Part shown: one piece after another, positions 45,695 through 54,925 of the stretch
Position numbering within the stretch: the stretch's first letter is position 1
Layout: each line of letters begins with the position of its first letter
Source: an uncultured Gemmatimonadales bacterium
GTDB taxonomy: Bacteria; Gemmatimonadota; Gemmatimonadetes; Longimicrobiales; RSA9
Direction of reading: 5' to 3'
Length of the DNA: 64,000 nucleotides
Assembly: GCA_963783305.1 (NCBI GenBank)
Contig: CAWAMW010000007.1
Coordinates: 288,001 to 352,000 of the forward strand
The notes under the pieces: generated by a model
Database searches by the model: none
The model's input: only the letters and a program-made list of their open reading frames with translations
Told to the model about the DNA's origin: nothing
Program-made: the position numbers and the translations under genes

Positions 45695-47080
45695 TCAGTG
45701 AATGGCCGGACGTATGTTCTGGTTGAGACGGAAGAGGTTGTCCGGGTCCCAGCTCGCCTTGATCCGGGCGAGCCGGTCGTAGGCGGCGCCGTAGTTGTCC
45801 CGGACGCGGGCCTGGTCGTCGGGCGCGGCGTAGTTGGTATAGCCACCGGCGTGCCCGGAGTACGGGTGGATTGCGGAGTAGTAGTCGCGCACCCACGCGG
45901 TCACCTCGTCGCCCGCCGCGGGATCCTCCCATGCGCCGACGATGACGGCGGCGAGGCGGGCGTCCCGGAATCCAAAGGCGGTAGCGTCCTCCGGCACGTC
46001 GTGCACCGCGCCGTCCATCGGATAGAGGTGCATCGTGCAGAGCGGATTGGGGGTCCGGGCACCGAACTCGGCGTGGGCGGCCACGGCGTTTTCGTCCAGC
46101 TCAGCTACGAAGTCGGATTTCCAGTACTGCGAGAGGCCCGGGGGCAGGGCGTCGTCGAAGAGCCGCTGGAGCTCCGGGTAGGGTAGCTCCGTCACGTGCT
46201 CGCCGATCACCGGTCCCGCCTCGCGAATGGGCTGGAAGACCTCCGCGGCCCGGGCCGGGTCGCCGCACCAGGAGACCATCACCAGACAGATCGGTTTCCC
46301 CTGCTTCTCCTCCGGAATGAACGGCATGGGTGGCGCCAGCGTGACGGCGGCGAATCCGCCGAGACCCCGCGGCGCAGTCTTCAGGTATTCACCCCAGAAA
46401 GCCAGCACGTCCCGTGTGGCCGCCGCATCGAACGCCATGGGGCCGGCGACCAGCGTGCTCACGGGGTGCAGCTTGAACTCGAAGGAGGTGACGACGCCGA
46501 AGTTGCCCCCTCCACCGCGGAGCGCCCAGAAGAGGTCGGGATTCGTGGCTTCGCTGGCCACGACCGGCTCGCCGGCGGCGGTGACTACGTCCGCGGATAC
46601 CAGGTTGTCGCAGGTCAGCCCGTGGCGACGGCCGAGATAGGCGGAGATTCCGCCCCCGAGCGTCAGGCCGCCGACCCCGGTGGTGGAGAAGAACCCGGCG
46701 GGCGCGGCCAGTTTCCAGGCGTGGGTGGCGTGGTCCAGATCGCCGAGCAGGGCGCCGCCTCCCACGCGCGCCGTCCGCTGGTCCGGGTCCACCCGGACGT
46801 TGCGCAGGTTCGCCAGGTCGAGGACCACCCCGTCCTGGCAGACTCCATAGCCCGGTACGCTGTGCCCGCCGCCACGGACCGCCAGCGGCAGGTCGCGCTC
46901 CCGCGCCATCCTCACCGCCTCGATCACATCGGCGGTGTCCAGGGCGCGCACGATGACCTTCGGGTGCCGGTCCACCATGCCGTTGTAGACGGCTCGGGCC
47001 TCGTCGAACGCGGGGTGCCCCGGCTCCAGGACCTCCCCCCGGAACCCGGTCGTGCTCGTGTCCATCGTCCGTGTCGCCAT
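45695..47080 (-). CDS. FAD-binding oxidoreductase, berberine-bridge-enzyme family
   Basis: VRGGGHS, GVGGLTLGGG, DLFWALRGGGGNFGVVT, KASWDPDNLFRLNQNI. Confidence 0.93.
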   Translation of the reverse strand: MATRTMDTSTTGFRGEVLEPGHPAFDEARAVYNGMVDRHPKVIVRALDTADVIEAVRMARERDLPLAVRGGGHSVPGYGVCQDGVVLDLANLRNVRVDPDQRTARVGGGALLGDLDHATHAWKLAAPAGFFSTTGVGGLTLGGGISAYLGRRHGLTCDNLVSADVVTAAGEPVVASEATNPDLFWALRGGGGNFGVVTSFEFKLHPVSTLVAGPMAFDAAATRDVLAFWGEYLKTAPRGLGGFAAVTLAPPMPFIPEEKQGKPICLVMVSWCGDPARAAEVFQPIREAGPVIGEHVTELPYPELQRLFDDALPPGLSQYWKSDFVAELDENAVAAHAEFGARTPNPLCTMHLYPMDGAVHDVPEDATAFGFRDARLAAVIVGAWEDPAAGDEVTAWVRDYYSAIHPYSGHAGGYTNYAAPDDQARVRDNYGAAYDRLARIKASWDPDNLFRLNQNIRPAIH

Positions 47081-47328
47081 GTGCCTCCTTTTCCTGCGTT
47101 CCCTCCGTGCGGTCATTGTAGGAGTGGCACAGGGCGACGATGACCTCAAGGACAGATTCTGGACCATGTCGGGGACCGTGGGTCGTCCTGCGGCTCAGCG
47201 ATGCGGCACTCCTCCTGGCACGGTCGCCCGCCGCGGGGCGACGTTGTCGCGAGCGTAGGGGACGTTCATATTCCGGCCCATGGGTCGTTCTATGAAGCTC
47301 GAGGGGTGGGGCCGAGCCGGACCCTCCG

Positions 47329-47901
47329 GTGGCTGAGTCCGGTGGCGGACTCTCGGTTGAGCAGCGGGCCCAGCTCCAGGCGGGTCGGGCGCGGCTGGGG
47401 CCGATCGAGCGCGCTGTCCGGTGGTCCACGCTCACTTTCTGGAGTCTCGGCGTCTTCGGCGCGCTGAGCGTGCTCTGGGGGCTGGTGTCAGGAGCCGGTG
47501 GCGTCGTGATGGGTGCGGTGCTGCTGGCGGTGGCCTGGAACGAGCGACGGGGGCGGGATCGGCTCCGGTCGCTCGACCCGCAGGGAGCCCGGATCCTGGG
47601 CTGGAACCAGGTGGTGCTGGCCGGCGTGCTCACCGTCTACCTGGGATGGACCATCGTGCGGGCCCGGACCGCACCGAGCCCGTCCGTCCGGGAGCTCGAG
47701 CAGCTGGTGGGGATGGATCCGGGGCTGGTGGCGGAGCTCACCACCACGGCCTACGGCGCGGTGATCGTAATCGTGGATATCGTCCAGGCGGCCATGGCCC
47801 GGTTCCATTTCCGGCGCGAGGGGCTGGCCGAGGCCCTCCGGCGGGAAGCGCCTGAATGGGTGCTCGAGGTCCTGGGTGCGTCCGGCTCCGCGGCGGGCTA
47901 G
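47329..47901 (+). CDS. Hypothetical membrane protein
   Basis: About 4 hydrophobic segments, GC3-rich codon usage; start uncertain. Confidence 0.6.
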   Translation: MAESGGGLSVEQRAQLQAGRARLGPIERAVRWSTLTFWSLGVFGALSVLWGLVSGAGGVVMGAVLLAVAWNERRGRDRLRSLDPQGARILGWNQVVLAGVLTVYLGWTIVRARTAPSPSVRELEQLVGMDPGLVAELTTTAYGAVIVIVDIVQAAMARFHFRREGLAEALRREAPEWVLEVLGASGSAAG

Positions 47902-48746
47902 CGGGGCGCCCGGACCCACCCCTTTGCGAGAAGGTCCCAGACGCCGAGAGCGCCGAGGAGCGCCAGGTTCGGGAAGAGCAGGGGGGCGAAGAGGGGCGGG
48001 CCGTAGATGACGCGCTCCCGGAGGGTGCCCCCCTCTTCCGTGATGGTGGGGTTGAGGTGCAGGAGGAATCCCACTACACCGGTGATGGCGGCCAGGGCAA
48101 GGATGCCGAGCGCCAGCTTGAGGTAGAGCGCCGGCGTGCGCAGGAATATCGGTATGATCAGCCAACCGACCGTGACCGCCGCCACGGCCACGGGCACCCA
48201 CTCGGTGGCGTAGAAGAACCCGTTCTGGGCGTGGTCGACGAGGGAGAGGACGAAGTTGCCGGTAAAGCCGCCCCAGGCGAGGAAGACGACCCACTGTCCC
48301 CACTCGAGGTGATCCGGCGGTGCGAGCCGGTTGAGGAGGAGGAGTAGACCGAGGCCGGTGAAGGCGAGGGGCGCCACGAAGGGGGCGGAGTAGACCAGCG
48401 AACGGAGCGTCATGACCTGGAAGAAGCTGCTCTCGAGGTGGAGCACGAGCCCGGACACGCCCACCAGGATCGCCGCGCCGCCCACCCCCATCCCCACCCA
48501 GAACCCGCCGCGCTCCTGGAACGAGCGGCCCGAGTCCCGCACCGGCCGACCGAGCACGAGGTTGGCGAAGACCGCTACGGCCCCCGCCACCGTGAAGACC
48601 ACCGGAATCCACTCCGCGAACTCGGCAAACTCGTTGACCGAGTGCGCCACCCAGATGTCGAGGACCAGGAACGACAGGTTCACGCCGATGAACAGCTCCA
48701 GGAGAAACGACCGGGAGCGGATCAGGTCGCGCCAGTGGCGGCGCAT
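47898..48746 (-). CDS. Internally duplicated membrane protein, partner of the octaheme cytochrome
   Basis: Two repeats, each with H-x2-N-x-F...EW[IV]P and G-x3-H...P-[FL][VF]AP; overlaps the cytochrome stop. Confidence 0.75.
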   Translation of the reverse strand: MRRHWRDLIRSRSFLLELFIGVNLSFLVLDIWVAHSVNEFAEFAEWIPVVFTVAGAVAVFANLVLGRPVRDSGRSFQERGGFWVGMGVGGAAILVGVSGLVLHLESSFFQVMTLRSLVYSAPFVAPLAFTGLGLLLLLNRLAPPDHLEWGQWVVFLAWGGFTGNFVLSLVDHAQNGFFYATEWVPVAVAAVTVGWLIIPIFLRTPALYLKLALGILALAAITGVVGFLLHLNPTITEEGGTLRERVIYGPPLFAPLLFPNLALLGALGVWDLLAKGWVRAPR

Positions 48747-50068
48747 CAGGAGCCCTCCCCGTCCGCCTCCCCCGTCGGCTGGGTGGTGAGCGGCGCAGCC
48801 GGGCTCGGTGTGGCCCCGGTGCCCGCGCGGTGCCCGGGCGCCCGTAGCTCTGCCGCCGCCTCCTTCAGCTCCACCAGCTTGTACAGGAGCTCGTAGTTGC
48901 CGTGCCACTGGACGAGGTCCGCGCCGCCCATGAATGCGCCGTGCTTCGTCGTGCGGCCGAAGTAGTGCCAGAAGTCGAAATAGGTGAACTCAATGGTTTC
49001 GTCGTAGGGCTCCGGCGTCAGCAGACCCTCGTCCCGGAGCCCCTGCATGATCGCCTGCGCCTCGCGCACTTTCTCGTTGGTGGCGACCACCACCTCCTCC
49101 GCACGCTCGTAGAACGATTCGGTGTGGCCCTCCGTATGGCAGTTCATGCACATGGACTTCATCTCCTGCTGCCCCTGCAGGTAGGTGGGCCGCTTCTCAC
49201 TCACCGCGGCGAAGAGCCAGTAGCTCAGCCGCTCCGTCACGTCGTGGGTAGGACTGAGACCCTCCAGCCCGCTCATGTGGCACGTGCTGCACGTAGGAAC
49301 CGGCATGTCCTCCACCGTCAGCTCCATGGGCTTCGCGGCCAGGTTCATCTCGTCTCCCTGGATCGCGAACAGGACCCCGTGCTTCGACTCCTCGTAGATC
49401 TCGATCTGCGAGTGGTCCGGACCCATGTGGCACTGCCCGCACGTTCGCGGCGTCCGCGCCAGCTCCACCGAGGCCATGTGCCGGGAGTGACACGCCGTGC
49501 ACGTCCCGATGCTCCCGTCGGGGTTCGGCCGCCCGATGGAGTGACACGCTTCACACCCGCTCGCGATGGCCGCCTCTCCCTCCAGAATCGCCAGGTCGTT
49601 CGGCGCACGGTCCACGGCGCCCGGGTGGAACTGTTCGGCAAAGGCCACCTGCTCGTCCGTGAACGGCTCCGGCCCCCGCACCGCCGCGAACGCCGGCGCC
49701 GCATGCCGGCTGCGCAGGAACTCACGGTACTGCGTCGCGTGACACTGATCGCAGTTCAGCGCTGTCACGCCACTCGTGATCATGAAGCCCCGGTGCTCCG
49801 TCCCCACCTGATCGCCCACCGGCTGATGACAATCCAGGCACGTCGTACCCACCTTCGCGTGCTGGCTCCGCTCGTACTCCGCCACGATGGCCGGTGTCTC
49901 GTCACGGTGGCACGAGGCGCACTTCCCCGACGCCCGCACCAGCTCAGCCGTCGGTTGAGCCACTTCCACATTCGGACGTCTGGAGTGGATCAGGAAGGCC
50001 GCCAGCAGGAGAGCCGTGGCCAGCAGGACCGCCGCAAAGATGGATCGAAAGAGTGTCATCTGCCTCAT
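48746..50068 (-). CDS. Octaheme cytochrome c, hydroxylamine oxidoreductase (HAO) family
   Basis: Eight CxxCH (CASCH, CLDCH, CDQCH, CEACH, CTACH, CGQCH, CSTCH, CMNCH); CHMGPDHSQIEIYEESKHG; N-terminal TM. Confidence 0.88.
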   Translation of the reverse strand: MRQMTLFRSIFAAVLLATALLLAAFLIHSRRPNVEVAQPTAELVRASGKCASCHRDETPAIVAEYERSQHAKVGTTCLDCHQPVGDQVGTEHRGFMITSGVTALNCDQCHATQYREFLRSRHAAPAFAAVRGPEPFTDEQVAFAEQFHPGAVDRAPNDLAILEGEAAIASGCEACHSIGRPNPDGSIGTCTACHSRHMASVELARTPRTCGQCHMGPDHSQIEIYEESKHGVLFAIQGDEMNLAAKPMELTVEDMPVPTCSTCHMSGLEGLSPTHDVTERLSYWLFAAVSEKRPTYLQGQQEMKSMCMNCHTEGHTESFYERAEEVVVATNEKVREAQAIMQGLRDEGLLTPEPYDETIEFTYFDFWHYFGRTTKHGAFMGGADLVQWHGNYELLYKLVELKEAAAELRAPGHRAGTGATPSPAAPLTTQPTGEADGEGS

Positions 50069-50212
50069 CGCATCGATTGGTGTTGAACCCGTTGAGGGCC
50101 GCCTGCACACCTGATACCAGCGCGTGCACCGTCGGAGCTCTCCGCGTGCCGAGGCGGCGGCGAAGTCGTATTCTGCACGGGTCACGAACGATACTCAAGC
50201 CCGGAACTCAGG

Positions 50213-51565
50213 ATGCCGAACAGCCATGTCCGTCGACGCCTCCGCCGACCCGTCCGTCGACGGGCCCTCCGCTCGGTTTACGGCTCACTCTGCCGCTCCG
50301 TCCCCGGGGCGCTGCTTCTCTGCCTGTCGGTAGCGCTCCCCGCGGCCGCCCAGGAACCGGTGACGCTGATCCGTGCCGATAGGGTGTTCGACGGCCGCGA
50401 CATGCACGAAGGCTGGGCGGTTGCGGTCCAGGGGGAGCGGATCGTGGCGGTGGGGCCGGCCGCCGACGTGGAGGCCGGCGGCGCCACCGTCGTAGATCTT
50501 CCTGGCACCACGCTGCTGCCCGGCCTGATCGAGGGCCACAGCCACATGTTCCTGCACCCGTACGACGAGGTGGCGTGGAACGACCAGGTGCTCGTGGAGT
50601 CCCGGGCGGAGCGGACCATCCGGGCGGCCCGGCACGCGGAGGCCACGTTGCGGGCCGGCTTTACCACCGCGCGCGACCTGGGCACGGAGGGCGCTGGTTA
50701 TGCCGACCAGGGGCTGAAGGATGCGATCGAGAAGGGGGTGATCGTCGGACCCCGACTTCTCATTGCCACGAAAGCCATTGTCGCCACCGGATCGTACGGC
50801 CCCAGGGGCTTCGCTCCGGAGCTGGACATACTCCTGGGGGCCGAGGCGGCCGACGCCGCCGATCTCGTCCGCGTGGTGCGCGACCAGATCGGCCACGGGG
50901 CCGACTGGGTCAAGGTCTACGCCGACTACCGCTGGGGTCCCGGGGGCGCTGCCATGCCGACGTTCACGGAGGCGGAGCTGCGGACCATCGTGGAGACGGC
51001 CGCCAGCAGCGGCCGGAAGGTCTCCGCCCACGCGGCCACCGCCGAGGGCATGCGCCGTGCGACCCGCGCCGGGGTCGCCACCATCGAGCACGGCGACGGG
51101 GGCACCCCCGAGGTGTTCCGTCTCATGGCGGAGCGCGGGGTCGGCCTCTGCCCCACGCTGGCGGCCTCGTACGAGATCGCGCGATACGGCGGCTGGAACC
51201 CGGGAGCATCGCCCGAGCCCGCGCGGGTGCGGGACAGTCGAGCGTCGTTCGAAGCGGCGCTCGCGGCCGGCGTGCCCATGTGCCTGGGCGGCGACGTGGG
51301 CGTGTTCGACCACGGGGAGAACGCCCTCGAGGCGGAGCTGATGGTCCAATACGGAATGGAGCCGCTGGCCGTGCTTCGCGCCGCCACCTCCGGCAACGCG
51401 GCGATGCTCGACACCCCCGATCGCGGCACCATCGCGCCGGGCCAGCTGGCCGACCTGGTGGCGGTGGCGGGGGACCCGAGCACCGACATTGCTCGGCTGC
51501 GGCAGGTGCGCTGGGTGATGAAGGGCGGGCGGGTTCCCGCGTTCGAGCCGACGCCGGAGAGGTGA
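50213..51565 (+). CDS. Metal-dependent amidohydrolase (Xaa-Pro dipeptidase-like), secreted
   Basis: LLPGLIEGHSH, GFTTARDLG, WVKVY, SAHA, IEHG, GGDVG; start uncertain. Confidence 0.88.
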   Translation: MPNSHVRRRLRRPVRRRALRSVYGSLCRSVPGALLLCLSVALPAAAQEPVTLIRADRVFDGRDMHEGWAVAVQGERIVAVGPAADVEAGGATVVDLPGTTLLPGLIEGHSHMFLHPYDEVAWNDQVLVESRAERTIRAARHAEATLRAGFTTARDLGTEGAGYADQGLKDAIEKGVIVGPRLLIATKAIVATGSYGPRGFAPELDILLGAEAADAADLVRVVRDQIGHGADWVKVYADYRWGPGGAAMPTFTEAELRTIVETAASSGRKVSAHAATAEGMRRATRAGVATIEHGDGGTPEVFRLMAERGVGLCPTLAASYEIARYGGWNPGASPEPARVRDSRASFEAALAAGVPMCLGGDVGVFDHGENALEAELMVQYGMEPLAVLRAATSGNAAMLDTPDRGTIAPGQLADLVAVAGDPSTDIARLRQVRWVMKGGRVPAFEPTPER

Positions 51566-51571
51566 CGCAGG

Positions 51572-51603
51572 GGCGGCCGGCCGATCGCAAACGGCCGGCC
51601 GCC
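51572..51603 (+). terminator. GC-rich hairpin after the amidohydrolase gene
   Basis: GGCGGCCGGCCG-atcgcaaa-CGGCCGGCCGCC perfect 12-bp stem; weak U-tract. Confidence 0.5.
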
Positions 51604-51661
51604 GACCTTGCAGCGCCCTGGGGGCATGGTCCGGGGGACGCGAGATCTCGGGGTCTTGCAC

Positions 51662-51677
51662 TGGCGCGGCGCTTGCG
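51662..51677 (+). promoter_or_regulatory. Sigma54-type promoter candidate
   Basis: TGGCGCGGCGCTTGCG upstream of ATG 51712. Confidence 0.5.
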
Positions 51678-51711
51678 CGTCATGGCGCCAAAACACAGCA
51701 CGGAGAGGACC

Positions 51712-52356
51712 ATGCGAGGAGGAATGCTCAGGCGGCTGTACGACCGGGTAAACGACGGGCTCCCGGTGCTTGGCACTCCCAGCGAGCTCGCCGCCCGCCT
51801 CCTCGAGGAAACCGGCAGTCCCGAGAATGCGGCGGATGCGGCGATCTCCCTCGCCACGGTCCTGGGCGGCGGGACGGGATTCCTGTTCGGCCTGCCGGGA
51901 TTCCTGCTCACCCCGATCACACTCCCGGCCAACATTGTGGGCGCGGCCGGCATCCAGCTCCACATGGCGGGCACGATCGCGGCCATCGGCGGACGCGACC
52001 CCAACGATCCCCAGGTCCGCGCCGAATGCCTGGCCTGCCTCGAGCAGAAGGTGGCACGACCGGGGCGAAACGAGCCACAGGAAGAGGTGGCCGTTCGTGC
52101 GGGGATCAAGATCCTCGAGCGGCTCGTCCGTCTGGCTGGCGAGCAGGCGGCGCGCGGGGCCGGCTGGGCGACCAGGCGTGTGCTCCTCCGCAGGATCGGC
52201 CGGCGCATTCCGGGGCTCGGAGGGATCATCGGTGCCGGATCCGATGGCCTCATGACCCGGCATGTGGGACGGTGCGCCCGAGACATGTTCCTGGGCCGCG
52301 ACCCGAGCTCGAGTCAGCCGATCTCCGGGGACCCCGGTTCCGGGCCTCGCTCCTGA
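51712..52356 (+). CDS. EcsC-family protein
   Basis: GGTGFLFGLPGFLLTPITLPANI..IQLHMAGTIAAIGG; RRIPGLGGIIGAG.D; GGAGAGG RBS. Confidence 0.75.
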   Translation: MRGGMLRRLYDRVNDGLPVLGTPSELAARLLEETGSPENAADAAISLATVLGGGTGFLFGLPGFLLTPITLPANIVGAAGIQLHMAGTIAAIGGRDPNDPQVRAECLACLEQKVARPGRNEPQEEVAVRAGIKILERLVRLAGEQAARGAGWATRRVLLRRIGRRIPGLGGIIGAGSDGLMTRHVGRCARDMFLGRDPSSSQPISGDPGSGPRS

Positions 52357-52434
52357 CCCGGCGGGGCCCGCATCCCGGAGCCAGCTACCGCGCGGGTCGG
52401 GTCGACAGGCGAGTGTCGCCGGCGGATCGAGGCT

Positions 52435-52848
52435 TCAGACGTCGAGCGCCTCGCACGCACGGTCGAACTCCTCCGGTCGGAGGTAGAGAATGTAGCCGTA
52501 GCTCTTCTCGCCGCTGGCGACGCCGGTGGAGGCGTACACGTTGACGCCCGCGCGATGGAGCTTCTCGTGGACCGACACCAACACCCCTGGTGCGTCCTTG
52601 CCCTGGACCAGGAGGGCGTGGTGCGGGCCCTCCAGGTCGAAGCCCGCCTGACGGCCCTGCTCCCTGAGCCGGGCGGGGTCATCGGGAAATATGCTGAGCT
52701 GGGTCTGGAGCATTCCCACGGGTATGGCCGTGAGCGCCAGCATGTTGACCCCAAGCTGATCCAGCGCGGAAAGGAAGCGGAGCGCTTCCCCCGGCCGGTC
52801 CTGCACGGTGGTGTAGTAGTACTCGACCCTGCGAACCTCGTGCGCCAT
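52435..52848 (-). CDS. ACT-domain-like protein (two repeats)
   Basis: VQDRPGEALRFLSAL.QLGVNM and GKDAPGVLVSVHEKLHRAGVNV; GGAGG RBS. Confidence 0.7.
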   Translation of the reverse strand: MAHEVRRVEYYYTTVQDRPGEALRFLSALDQLGVNMLALTAIPVGMLQTQLSIFPDDPARLREQGRQAGFDLEGPHHALLVQGKDAPGVLVSVHEKLHRAGVNVYASTGVASGEKSYGYILYLRPEEFDRACEALDV

Positions 52849-52962
52849 GGCTGCCTCCGTGGTCGGGAACCGTAGCCGGTGAGCCGAAGCCTGTAGTCCG
52901 AGCGGGAGGGGCACTTCAATATACGGGCTGGCGGAGCGGGCGTCAGGGACGATGACGGCCCT

Positions 52963-54891
52963 TCAGCGCGAGGCGTCGGGCAGCGGCCGGGTCAGGCTCT
53001 CCTGCGCCTCCCGGCGTTCCAGCAGCTCCGCCGTGAGGGGGAGGAGGTCCCGCTCGCTGAGAATTCCTACGAGCTTCCCGCCCTCGAGCACTGGCAGGCA
53101 GGAGAGGGAGTGCTCGCGCATGAGACGGATGGCGGCGGTCACGGGGGTGTCGGCGGGCATGGTCCGCGGGTTTCGCGTCATGATGTCCCGGATGGGGATC
53201 GCCTGCAGCTCGTCCAGGCGTCGGGTCCTGAGGAGGCGTAGGACGGCGCGATACGAGAGAATGCCGACGAGCTCCAGGTCCTGGTTCTCCACCAGGATCT
53301 GGCGGGTGCGCTCCCGGTCCATCATGAAGAGCGCCAGGTCCAGCGACTCGTCTTCCTGGAGGGTGAACAACCGGCTGGTCATGTACTGGTCGACCGTGGG
53401 GCCGATGGCGCCCGCCCACTCCTCGATCCGGGCCAGACCCCATTCGTGGACCGGCCGCCCGGTCTTCTGCCGGGCGATCAGCCCGGAGGTGAGGGCGGCG
53501 CAGCGCTCGGGGCGAGTGGCCGCCCCGGCCATGGCCGCAGCCGATTCCTCGAGCCAGCGGGAGCCGGTCCGGTTGCGGTGGACCCGCTGGTCGATGATGT
53601 GGAGGTAGCGGTCGGCCTCGTCGGGGTCCACACCGAGGGACCGGAGGCCGTCCCCGGCCAGCGGAATGAGTCGCTCGCGGATGAGAGCGCGAGCAGGGAT
53701 GCTCTCGCCGTCGATCCAGGCAAAGCCAGCATCGAGCCCCCGTCGGGCCGCGGCGAAGAAGTTGGCGCGGGCGTCGCTGAAGGCGAGCCGGTCGGCCAGG
53801 TCCGGGTAGTGGTCGGGACCGGCGACGACCAGGCCGAGCCAGAAGGCGGCATTGGCGATCTCGTCCACGACCGTGGGCCCCGCCGGGAGAGCACGGGATT
53901 CGATCCGGAGGTGGGGCCGTCCATCGATGACGCCGTAGCAGGGGCGGTTCCAGCGGTAGACGGTGCCGTTGTGGAGCTGGAGGCAGTGGAGCCCGGGGAT
54001 GCCGCCGGAGTCCAGAACGGCGAGGGAGTCCTCGCCCGGTTCGCGGGTGACGAGGGGTCGGAACCGGGTGATGTCCTCCTGGAAGAGCTCGACCACCGAC
54101 TCGCGCACCCACGCATCGCCGAAGCGGACACGGGGGGTGATCTCCCGCAGCGCCGGGGACGCCACGCGGGTGTCCATGGTCTGGCGGAAGACGGCGATGC
54201 GTGTCTCGGCCCAGAGCCGCTTGCCGAAGAGGAAGGGGGAGTTGGTGGCGGCGGCGAGGACGGGGGCGATCATCGCCTGGGCGGCGTTGTAGGCGCCGGC
54301 GAACTCCCGGGCGCCCACCTGGAGGTGGACCTGGAAGCTGGTGTTGCACGCCTCCAGCATCATGGAATCGTGCTCGATGCGGAGTTCGTCGGTGCCGGTG
54401 ATATGGAGGTGGAGGCGTCCGCCGGCGAGCCGCATGGTGGCGTCGTTGAGGGACCTGTAGCGGTCGCGCGGCGTCATGTTGGCGAGGGTCAGGTCGCGCT
54501 GGGCGAGGCAGGGAAGGATCCCGGTCATCGCCACGTCGGCGCCGAACCGCGCGGCGACCCGCTCCACGTCGGCGACCCGGCGGCCCAATTCGGCCTCCAT
54601 GGTGGAGAGCAGGCCGGGACCGGCCCGCACGGGCGGGAGGTTCACCTCGAGGTTGAAGCGCGCCAGCTCAGTGGTGACCCGGTCGTCGTGGATCTGGTCC
54701 AGGACCTCCATGGCGACGGGTGCGGGGCGGCGGCGAGCATCGACCAGCACCAGCTCCTGCTCCGCACCCACCCGGCGGACTCCCTCCTCGAGGAGCCCTT
54801 CCGCCAGGATCCGCTCGAGAGCGCGCAGGTCCTGGAGGAGTCCCCGCGTGAACGCGGCGGTGGAGCGGGACTCCTGAGGTGACTGTATCAT
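52963..54891 (-). CDS. Glutamate-cysteine ligase (GCS2) family protein with C-terminal CBS pair
   Basis: VGAEQELVL, TELARFNLE, EACNTSFQVHLQ, NGTVYRWNR, LRIESR.LPAGPT; two CBS motifs (VGILSYR, LVGILSERD). Confidence 0.85.
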   Translation of the reverse strand: MIQSPQESRSTAAFTRGLLQDLRALERILAEGLLEEGVRRVGAEQELVLVDARRRPAPVAMEVLDQIHDDRVTTELARFNLEVNLPPVRAGPGLLSTMEAELGRRVADVERVAARFGADVAMTGILPCLAQRDLTLANMTPRDRYRSLNDATMRLAGGRLHLHITGTDELRIEHDSMMLEACNTSFQVHLQVGAREFAGAYNAAQAMIAPVLAAATNSPFLFGKRLWAETRIAVFRQTMDTRVASPALREITPRVRFGDAWVRESVVELFQEDITRFRPLVTREPGEDSLAVLDSGGIPGLHCLQLHNGTVYRWNRPCYGVIDGRPHLRIESRALPAGPTVVDEIANAAFWLGLVVAGPDHYPDLADRLAFSDARANFFAAARRGLDAGFAWIDGESIPARALIRERLIPLAGDGLRSLGVDPDEADRYLHIIDQRVHRNRTGSRWLEESAAAMAGAATRPERCAALTSGLIARQKTGRPVHEWGLARIEEWAGAIGPTVDQYMTSRLFTLQEDESLDLALFMMDRERTRQILVENQDLELVGILSYRAVLRLLRTRRLDELQAIPIRDIMTRNPRTMPADTPVTAAIRLMREHSLSCLPVLEGGKLVGILSERDLLPLTAELLERREAQESLTRPLPDASR

Positions 54892-54925
54892 CGTCCGACC
54901 CGATCGAGTGGCGCCGCTCCCGGCC

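Noticed and set aside
47149..47165. CAGA-T-TCTG palindrome upstream of the FAD oxidoreductase as an HxlR operator
   Set aside because: Only a 4-bp perfect core and a single copy; insufficient support.
48746..50068. Evidence for ammonia oxidation or anammox
   Set aside because: No amo, cycA/cycB or hzs genes nearby, and the cross-linking Tyr appears to be absent.
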